From the NCBI GenBank assembly GCA_040954595.2, contig CM082589.2, positions 586,988 through 650,987 on the forward strand: DNA of 64,000 nt, in the 5' to 3' direction. Below are positions 36,601-46,095 of this stretch, one piece after another; the stretch's first letter is position 1, and the number at the start of each line of letters is the position of its first letter. Under the pieces are notes generated by a model. The model did not search any database, was not told the origin of the DNA, and was given only the letters and a program-made list of their open reading frames with translations. Origin of the DNA: Balanoglossus misakiensis (taxonomy: Eukaryota > Animalia > Hemichordata). Both the position numbers and the translations under genes were made by a program.

Positions 36601-39600
36601 AGTGTTTGTTTCAAAAGTTCTCATGGATCCACAAAAAGATTTAAAATAAGCATGCTGTTAGCTTTTTAACACATCATTCTCAGTTCAAAGTGGGGATTAC
36701 CTGCTAGTTAGCTTGTCTTTCAAATCCTTACAAATGTTAATTTTCCACTCAGTGAGAGACTACAAAGAAACCTAATTTTGTGCCCTGTTCAAATTCCCAT
36801 CATAGAGAAGTCAACAGCTCAATGTACATTGTTTATCGCCCACCCAAACATTCAAAAACATGGTGGTTTACTATCCAGCCTACAAGTAATTAATTATCAA
36901 CTTCAAGTTCAACACTGGCATTACACTGAAAATCTCTTCTCAATAAATTCAAGTGTCAATGTTTCTTTTCTAAAGCATCTGCCTTTTCTAATAAAAGATT
37001 AAGTAAGCAAGAAGTTAAAAGAAGAAGAAAGTTGTTGGGAGAAAGAGTGTAAAAATTTTATTCACTGGGAAAAAAGAACAGACTATGAGTTGTCATTCTT
37101 TGTGTTCAAACAGACAAGCTTCAATTTTTGTCAATGCTAGGCATTTACTTATTGTCACACAAGAGGTCAATTAAACGTGGAAGGACGTATTTCCAAAATG
37201 AGATCTTACATGACGCAGGATTTACGGTCATTTTGATCTGACTGATGCTACTTGCAATTCTTCGAAAAAGATAAAACAGAAGGAAGCTTATAGAAATCAT
37301 TATCATCAAATACGATTAGTTACAAGTAAACATACAGCACTAATGTATGTCAATGAGCTTATTTTCACAGCTAATACTGAAGTCATGCAGACTAAATTAA
37401 TCCATGAAACATTAAACAGGCAATATCTGCACAGTCGCGGTCAATGACCGGGTCACAGTGGTCAAATCTCACTGGGGTCCAGAGTGGTGGCAAATGTTGA
37501 CCGCCACTCAGGTCACTGACCTACACCCTTGAACTTCAGCTCAGAGAAAAGCTCAAAGTTTACATTAGTCTAATATGCATATCCTGGTTTTCTAAAGATT
37601 TATTTGTGAGTAGCCTTGGGCTAGAGGTCATGTACAGCTCTGTTGGATGCCTGGATGTTTGCAAACAAGCCTATCATAACAAACATTTCAAAACTCCTAT
37701 GTTATTGCTATGTTTCTGAAGGACAGAAATTTAGCCCTTTACCCAGTATTTTCTTGTCGTTCAAACTATAGAGCAATATAATTACAGTTGTATGTTATTT
37801 TCATTACAGATAATTTATGGCATGATTATTCAGTATTCTCTTAAGCAGAGGAGTGAATCATCAGCTTTCCCCAAGTGTGCAGGGCACAGTGGTATAGTTG
37901 TATACACAAATATACTCAGCCATGAGAGATCGCACAGTTGTGACCAGATGTACATTGTTTAGGGAGACCACAAAGCAACACCAGTAGACAACTGTTATAA
38001 CAGGAAGCCCTATCAAATAATCCAGCTCCTGGTTTGCAGTAACATGACCCCAGGCAGTGAACCACCATTCTGCACACATTCAATTTTCATGATGCGATCA
38101 CAGATTAAAGTCAGTGACTTATCGATGGGTTTAAATAGCGTTTTACAATGCATGGAATAGTTTTCAATGAATATTTTGTGCTTTGCTGCACAAGTACATC
38201 TCTTCATGACAGGTTCTTTTGTGGCTGTGAAGAAAAGTGTACGAATACAATTATCTTTCAAACGCCCATCTAAACTATTGATTATCCTTAATCTCTAGAA
38301 AAATGCTCGTTTAAATGAAATATTCACAAGGAAAACATTCCCATGTCAACGCTGTTTCACTTAAATTCCTTAAATTCTTATCTTCAACAAAAAACTCAAT
38401 TTCAAACAATGAGCACTGTTTCCTTTGTTGGTTACAACAGTTTTTGTGTGACAAGACAACTTTGTTGGAGGGCGGGACAAAAGTCTTTAAGTTTATGGAC
38501 ATCCACATCACTATCAAATTTTATCAACTGTAATAAAACAACTGTTCAGTTGGCCAGACAAATATTGGATACAATGCCAAAGATTACAAAATGTTAATGG
38601 TAGCCAGTAGTATAAAACATACACTCAGGAATAATTTACAACTGAAGTGTTCAATTCACATATTTCTCAAGCCAGGCTTGAATCTTAACAAATTTGGTAC
38701 ATTTCACAAAACTTTCTTGGCAGGTCATTCAATTTGACCCTAGATATTTGCATATGCATGGCCCCGCCCATCCTGAGATGGGATTATTCCATTCTTAAAG
38801 GCGGGGTGAATTGCAGCAACCTTTCCCCCTCAAAAAAAACAGCTTTTATTTCTTACCAAATCACGTAACTTACCAAGAAAAAACTTTTCATTTTTAATGT
38901 GTATACAATTGGAAAGTAAAGGATATGATAGGAACAGCTTTGTTGCGGAAATCCACCACAGTATATCTGCTCAGTGGATCAACATAATCAATGACATGGT
39001 GTGGACACAATTGTCGCTCTTCTGCAGTCACTTTGTTAGTAATGATATCAAGTCCCTTGTATACCTGTAAATAAGACACAAACAACATTTGGATTGACTT
39101 TTATTTTACTTCATTCAAACCTTAAAAAAGTAGGCTAAATCCACACAGCCAACAATTGAGCGCGTCCTTACATAATCTGAGTACATAAACATCCGCTCAC
39201 AAACAAACACACAAACAAACATATAAAGATATGCTTGCATTGTCATAGCAACCAGCAAAGGGATACGCTTGCATTGCCATAGCAACCAACACAGGGTGAA
39301 CGAATATTATTTTTCCGGGGAGAAGTACCAGGGCAAAATCACGGTCGATGTTGCATTTCACTTTTTGTATACATGTACTTTGTAGCAAAGGCCACTAGAA
39401 ATTAATTGCAACTTGCAGCATATAGCAAGCATTTTCGACAATGCACGTATACACAACCGAAGCTCAGGGTTTTATCCGGAGTCGAGGGTTGGTCAGCAAA
39501 AAAAGCAGAGTGGCTCGCAGCAATGAATTCCAAACCAATAACCTGTAAAGTTTGTAGTGTTCAATATCTTAGTGCCATAAATACAAAGCACGTGTTTGCC

Positions 39601-39829
39601 AGGAGCACGTGGTGCTCCAGAAATGTACAACTCCTTCAATGGTTCGCTTGGTGGTCCGTTTCGACAAAAAAAATCCAGTCTGCAGTCGTACCTGCATCGA
39701 ATCCGCACTGATGACTTCCCCATTCATTCTGCTACAGATTTCCAGAGCCAATTTCGATTTTCCTGTGCCTGTAGCGCCTAATATGACCACAACGGGCACA
39801 CGCCCAAACATTGTCATGGGCGCAGCCAT
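27670..39829 (-). CDS. TRIT1: tRNA dimethylallyltransferase (tRNA isopentenyltransferase, MOD5/TRIT1), 10 coding exons, 508 aa
   Basis: complement join(39692-39829,38927-39064,35726-35824,33699-34051,32052-32194,31435-31552,30326-30519,29016-29125,28177-28297,27670-27782), 1527 nt, in frame. Motifs: P-loop [83 protein letters not shown], and C-terminal zinc finger CEVC...[10 protein letters not shown]. Confidence 0.95.
27857..27875 (-). promoter_or_regulatory. CTCF-like site in the last TRIT1 intron
   Basis: Minus strand TGGACACTAGGCGGCGCTA closely matches the CTCF consensus TGGCCACYAGRKGGCRS and retains CpGs in a CpG-poor gene body. Confidence 0.45.
35825..38926 (-). other. U12-type (minor spliceosome) AT-AC intron, TRIT1 intron 2, 3102 nt, phase 0
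   Basis: 5' splice site ATATCCTTT at 38926; branch site TTCCCTAAC at 35842-35834; 3' AC at 35826-35825. Joins ...KAVPI|[17 protein letters not shown] in frame. Confidence 0.92.
35952..36227. mobile_element. Non-autonomous DNA transposon relic flanked by TTAA (Kolobok-like AG...CT termini)
   Basis: TTAA-AGGGTCATT...ACTCGGCATTTT on the left and AAAACTGCCAAGT...ATATCCT-TTAA on the right form imperfect inverted ends. Confidence 0.4.
39228..39288. repeat. 27-bp direct duplication (34-bp period), each copy with an RFX X-box-like motif
   Basis: GATATGCTTGCATTGTCATAGCAACCA at 39228 and GATACGCTTGCATTGCCATAGCAACCA at 39262. Confidence 0.75.
39589..39611. promoter_or_regulatory. Tandem canonical E-boxes (CACGTG x2) in TRIT1 intron 1
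   Basis: CACGTG at 39589-39594 and 39606-39611; the second has GCACGTGG flanks. Confidence 0.55.
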
Positions 39830-40723
39830 GTTTCCTTCCCATGATGCAACAGAAACTCCGCAAGTTAGTTATTTTTATTCAAACCTGAACCCTCAACTTG
39901 GTACCCATTTCACTCTAACGTTCGTTCTTTCCGTAGGCCAGTACGTGCGTTCTATCCAATCAAGGAAACTCGCCAACTCAATCTGCACAAATGAACGTAA
40001 CATCTTGTGTATAAATTGCCAACGGTGTAATTAAATAACTGAACGAATAAAGCATTTCTAATTAATGAAAACTTGCCTAACTCTGCAATGACTGGGGTTA
40101 CAGAGAGGGCAATGGACGGACGTCTAGTCAATCGTATTAGTCGTTGCCCCCATCGACGCCTCATACTTTACGGGCAGAAACTTCATCTCAGGTTTCGAAG
40201 AATATTATAAATCACTTTCGATGCACTACTGTACACTTCAGGGGCATGGGAAAACGGTCTGTTTCTTTTTACTGGGGCGTTGTGACATTCCAATCCGGTG
40301 ACGGCTTGTTGCCATGGAAGTGGCCAAAACACGTCCTAACCACATACACACACACTTAAAAACGCTTTCACTTTAATCACAAAACCCTCCTCACGCACAT
40401 ACTATCAAAGTTTAGTGCTCTTTCTATAAAATTTCAACTGTCCTAATTCGGGGTTCACACCTCTTCACATTTGACATGTTATTCACCTTTGTATGAATGG
40501 AACAGTCGAAGCATTAATATTCAACACATACCAGGCTATTGATCTGCCTGTCAATCACTGCGCACGTTTTCGCGCGCTTTATGTTAATTCATACTCCCAC
40601 AGACATAGTACTACAGTGCACTACAAACAATGGAACAAAGGGTCTGGACTTTTAAATTCCCTGAATTTCTCTGACAAAAAGAAAATCAATGTAAACGGCA
40701 AGTTTTCAGAACAAACTTGGTAA

Positions 40724-40729
40724 TTTATT
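40724..40729 (-). terminator. Probable MYC polyadenylation signal
   Basis: AATAAA on the minus strand at the end of an AU-rich 3'UTR of about 450 nt, followed by a U/GU-rich tract. A proximal AATAAA lies at 41152-41157. Confidence 0.5.
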
Positions 40730-41180
40730 GACAATTTAAATATACAAAACAAGATTACAATATTCTGGCCAGAGAAGAGCAATATCTGGTTATTGTATTT
40801 CTCCAGAAGTCAAAACAAAGAATGTAATATATAACTGGAAACAAAGGTATAACAAGACCCAGCTTGTTTTCACTCTGTAAACTCTCCCCAAGCTGGCAGT
40901 ATATAATCCAATATCAAGTCACAAAAACTCTTGAAAATGGCAGTGTTTTTGCTTTTTTATAATAAACTAAAATATATAAATCTTCAGATCCATTTACAAA
41001 TTTATACAGTAATAAAGCATATGTTTTTGTCTTAATTAGGCATTTTATCAGTTTTGTTAGAAAGAGAAACAAATAATATATATACAAAAAAGTTGGCTAG
41101 TTGTAATGGTTTCAAACTTGACACACTAAATGAAAAATATAATATACAAATTTTATTTTGTCTTTGATTTTTTAATTCAG

Positions 41181-44073
41181 TCACTTATGTCTCAAATGTT
41201 TCAGTCTTTCGAGTAGTAAAGCATTCCGTCGTTTTTCTTTTTCTTTCTCGCTCAGAAGGCGTTGTTCATCAGCATGAATCTGCTGAATATGTTCAGTCGC
41301 TTTTCGCAGAATCACAACTTTCGGAGCCCGCTCCTGACTCTCCAACTCTGGAACGTGGTCGCGCAGTGTAAGGAAGCTGGTTTTCAAGTCATTTCGACGT
41401 TTTCTCTCCAACACATTATGTGTTGCTCGTTTGTCATTATCCTCTGAATCAGAACTGGGCCGGCTGCTCGGTCGACTGTTTGGCCTGCTATTTCCTGGTG
41501 TACGACGTCCACCGTTCGTCTGCTGCATAAGGGCTTTCAACTCTGCCATTGTTAATTCCTGCTTCGATTTCTTGGCAGGCACATTTGATAAGGAACTTGG
41601 GCGGACTCGCTTAAGTGTGATGTTGGCAGTGGTAAGTTGAGTAGAAGTGGTTTCATTCGCAGAGACGATCCTTCTCTTCGGTGGATGCAACTTGTCTGCT
41701 ACCGTGACAACATCAATTTCTTCCTCTGCAAAAAGAGATCAAGATGAACAAATTGTTAAATTCTAATCTCAATGGGAGGGGATGTTATCTATGAATAGAA
41801 TGGCAATATCTTAATAGCACCACTGTATTTTGAGTGATAACATGATGAAACTTGTTCTGGGTGTTGCACCACAAGAAAGTTGGACATTTGCCATCAACTA
41901 CTACACACCACTGTTGATGTAAACACAAAGCGTTCTTTCAGTAAAATGTAATGTGCTCAATTATAAGGTGTCTGTCATAGAATCCTTCTTTTAATAGCAG
42001 GTTTATCATTATGGCAAAGTTGGGTGGCCTTTATGAGTCTGATCTGCACTAGCTGTTACAGACCAACAGATGGAATATCACATAGTAGCCCCAGGCTGAC
42101 TTCTATCAATATTTGCACAATTAATACATAATTAATTAAATCAGTATATCACTACTGATAATCAGGTCACATAGTACTGAATAAAGATAACATTAATTTT
42201 TGGGTGCTCTTTTTAAGTTTTAGCACAAAATACAAAACAAGTATGTACACCAATCCTAGCATTTTAGAATGAACATATATTTTGATTCTTTCAATATTTG
42301 TAGAATATTGCCATTTTGGTCTGGACTGTAGGCAGGTTAGTCGTACAGTGAATTGATGTGCAATAGAGCAGTGTAGAGTAGCCCAACATTTTTTCCCAGA
42401 AATATTTCAAGTATTCCAATAAAATAACTTTAAATATAGAAATTTAATACACTTGCAGTTGCTCATAGTTGGCTGACGGCCTCGCTGGAATCAGACAACG
42501 TGTGTGATATATTGCAAACATTGGCGTTTGATAGTTATTACGCAATACTCAGAGACTTTTTTCACGCTCTCCTAGTTGAATTTATCTCATGAAAGTACAC
42601 TTGCCACTGGATTTGCTTCGGTTTTTGTCGTATGACCGGCGTTTTGGGGCGATTCACATGGCATGCTATGGGGCCTTAGCAACGTGCAAATATTTTCTTG
42701 GCATACCATGCAAGCATTTGATCTGTGCGCCAGACCGAGTCAAGCGGCCGGCCAATTATGAATATTGCGAAATCCACCGAGTCGGGTCTATTGCTCAATC
42801 AGGGGTCAACACCGGTTTTTATCTCGACCTATATACGATAAAAGCATGTCGGGTACAGTCGGCCACGAAGGTCGTACGAGGGGCTGTGAACTCACGGTAG
42901 GTTTAAGAATCGTGTCGCTGTTTAAGAAAGATGGTAATTCGCGAGGTGGTACTGGTAGTATGAAACTAACACTAGTGATGTCAATTTCTCTGGAGTATAC
43001 CGCGACCAAAGAACATTTTCAAAAGTGTGAATGGGAAACGGCACCATTCAGTTTTGAACTGCGGTCCCATGTTTCATATAAATTACACAGGTGAAATCGT
43101 TGTCTGAATTAACAGTTGGCACGATTCCCGAATATGATTTCAGTGATTCAAGCGAACGGAAGAGAGAAAAAATAGAAATCTACGACTCACCGCACCAGAA
43201 GTTTGTATGTTTCTCATGAATCACCGGATGACAACAAAGGGAATTAATATACCAACTCACTTGTTCGCAACCGGTTTTTGTCGAGTTCATTCAGAATTTT
43301 ACAAATTGACGCGGTTTAGAACAATCGATTCGTAATGCTAATTATGAACGTTTCCTACGACTGATACATTTCTGTGAGACGCGCATGTTGCAACAAGGTA
43401 ACAGCTAGAAAATAAGCGGAACGTTGCAACTATTGATGCGCGTTCCCCCATTCACGTTCTTGACCCACTAACATGTCCCGGCACGTGTGATAAAATACTA
43501 GTGCGTAAACGTTTATTTACCTGAATCTGACGGTGTCTGCAAGCCAAGCTGGTCTTTGGGATCGTTGAGAGGGTAAGGGAACACGGCAGTGGGATCAACA
43601 CAGTCGGCGACGTTATAATCCAGGGGCGGCGGTGTGAGACACGATGCCACGGCGGCTGGAGTACCGGTGTTACTGGCTTTGCTGGTCTTCGTTTCTTCCT
43701 GCTGCGGCTGAGCGCCGTTGTGCCCTCCGCTCCACATACAGTCCTGTATAAGTTTAGATTTCAAATTTCCTTGGTCGGGAAACACAAATGTTTGAGTTAA
43801 GTTGTCGTCATCTAAAGTGTCTGATACTTGCTGTAACTGTTCGGCGATTTCCGACGGCAAGGGAGCGTATGTGTACGGCTCGGCTGATGAAGGCCTGCCG
43901 GGGCTTCGAGGCGGGGTCGGCAATAGCTCGAATTTCTTCCAGATATCCTCGCTCGGTGTCGGTGTACCGGCGTAGAATTCCTCGTTTTCTTCGTGCCCGA
44001 TGAAATAGGGCTGGAAGTCGTCGTAATCCATGGCGTGGAATTGTTGTTGCTTTTCTGCTCTCATTTCGGGCAT
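41181..44073 (-). CDS. MYC: Myc transcription factor (bHLH-LZ), 2 coding exons, 365 aa from the first AUG
   Basis: complement join(43521-44073,41181-41725), phase-1 GT-AG intron. Motifs: [43 protein letters not shown], MBIIIa [12 protein letters not shown], MBIIIb [11 protein letters not shown] across the junction, b[20 protein letters not shown]...[10 protein letters not shown], and a leucine zipper. Acceptor CAG at 44079-44077 lies 3 nt before the AUG. Confidence 0.96.
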
Positions 44074-44302
44074 TTCCTGCAAAGAGAAACGAAGAGCAAA
44101 GTCAGTAAGGCTAGACTCGCAGAAAAAATTTCAATCATTAGCGCGTAGCGTCCAGGAAGTCCATATATGAACACGCACAGTAATTAGACTACACACATGT
44201 CCAACATGACTGAGGCTTAGAACCGAACTGAATATTTTAACACTTAGAGCATCTTTTTACATAACCAGAAATTAAACCTGCTCCACAAACAAAAAGTATT
44301 AC

Positions 44303-44356
44303 CGCATTTCCGTGAAAGTATTGGACTTGCAGGTCCACGTACGCGCTGCTGGCCAG
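44303..44356 (-). other. 3' part of a probable upstream MYC exon; in-frame 18-codon segment beginning with CTG
   Basis: Donor GCG|GTAATA at 44303/44302. The segment is open and in frame with the exon starting at 44076; an in-frame TAA lies 9 codons upstream of the CTG with no ATG in between. Confidence 0.5.
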
Positions 44357-45038
44357 CTTACAAGCAGGTGCAGAAAAAATTTAAATCCCAGCCAAGACTC
44401 GCGTATGCGGTATGAAACCATACCAGACTGAAACATGTTTCAGTGAAATACGACAGTTTTACAAGGCATTTCCTCAAACCCTCGAAACATTGGGTTAATT
44501 AATTAATACTCTATCTGTGTACGCACCTGAATAAGCAATTTTGGCTGATTTCCCAATTTAAACGTCGGGTAGATGGAAAATACAACCTCTTCGACTCGAC
44601 ACACGCAGTCCTTCTCTACTTGTGTAGTAGGCGTAATGTGAACTATACAACCGGAAAACCAGCTAAATGAACTGTTACATTTATGCGTGTGACATATCCA
44701 TCCGCTCAGCAAAGTCTTAGTCTCCAGTCCGGGGGACCCACACCAATTTCACAACTGGAGTTCCGACTCGACAAAGATCCCCGGCAAAGATCTTCACAAA
44801 AAACACAAACTGGAGCATCGTTTCAGACTATAAAGTAAAACATGGTAAGTTTTATTTTAGAGTAATGCATCAGTAACTATCGAAATTAAATTTCTTTCGT
44901 TCAACTCGCAACTTTACAAGAAAATTGACTCTGGCACGGCGTATCGAGAATTGAGTGAACGTGCTTTTGCCTCTAGGAAGTACCCCCAGAGTACTTGTCA
45001 AAGGTCAAATTTACGCAAAAACGAATCGAAGGAATTTT

Positions 45039-45273
45039 TTTCGCGAAATTTCGCACATAAGCATTGAAACAATTGTATATCATCCCAAAATACACTAAAT
45101 ATTCTCTGTATTTAATAATTACACAATTGACTTTCTATGTACTTTTCATTCGAAGTGTACATTTTATAATTTTCGAACTACGTTTTACTATGGCGCAGTG
45201 ATGTGTAGAAATTTGCATAAAACTTCCCACTCAGTTTAGCGCGCGAAATTCTGGGAGGCGGGGTTATGCTAAT
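45039..45273 (-). promoter_or_regulatory. Putative MYC proximal promoter (E2F, GC box, octamer, CSL motifs)
   Basis: TTTCGCGAAA 45039-45048, ATTTGCAT 45211-45218, TTCCCAC 45224-45230, GCGCGAAA 45241-45248, GGGAGGCGGGG 45253-45263, ATGCTAAT 45266-45273. Confidence 0.5.
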
Positions 45274-45993
45274 TTAATGAGCATTCTTTTTTATCACTAG
45301 TACAAACCAATCGACAGACGTCGAATCGATTTCGTTAAAATATAACAAGTATGCGACAGGAGGGGTGGTAAGGTTGGGATTGTCGGAGGGACTTACTATT
45401 TCACAACTCCACGCAACGTAAACTTCTTGCGAAATAAGTGAATTATAATAGCTACTTATAGCATCGCATCGGGCATTTCAAATCTCTCGGATTTGCAAAA
45501 AAAGAGCGAAAAATTGGTTGAAGGTATAAGTTCGTGACAGAAAACATGAAAACGTGAGCGCATCACAGACCCACCCCTATTAATTATGGAAATAGTCGCG
45601 TGTGGTCTGAATTTTTTACGTTCTAAAAACCATGAATATTTCTGTCTCCGATGAAGTGTATCACCCAGCCTGACCTTGAGATATTTTATCAGAAATGTGG
45701 CAAAATATCAATAACTCGAAATGTAGATTTTTCATAACAAAATCATGTTTTGTAGGACCGTGTGAGTGAGTCCTAGCTTGTTAACACAGAACTCTGTATT
45801 ATCGCCCACGTCTCATGCATTGGCTTTACGCACGGACTGTACTATGGTCGAGTGAAAAAAAAGTCACTCGTAACGTTTTTCATTCATAAAAATGTGTAGC
45901 GCGTACTACGCTGCGTGACGGTAGCGTATCTGCTATGCAAGGGTCGGGAAGTGTGACCACAGACTTTATCACAGCTGAACTGCATATCTTTGA

Positions 45994-46021
45994 TCTCTCT
46001 CTCTCTCTCTCTCTCTGTGTC

Positions 46022-46092
<71 letters not shown>
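45994..46092. repeat. Compound (CT)n/(CTGT)n microsatellite
   Basis: About 100 bp of CT dinucleotide repeat interrupted by CTGT units. Confidence 0.95.

Positions 46093-46095
<3 letters not shown>

Noticed and set aside
42889-43260. Three minus-strand GTGAGT donors inside the MYC coding intron
   Set aside because: No convincing paired acceptor or frame-preserving exon was found.
44841-44850. Strong + strand donor ATG|GTAAGT suggesting an antisense MYC transcript
   Set aside because: A single donor with no supporting exon or acceptor is expected by chance.
45359-45390. Possible counterpart of the MYC NHE III1 G-quadruplex
   Set aside because: Only three runs of 3 or more G with long loops; the resemblance is too weak.
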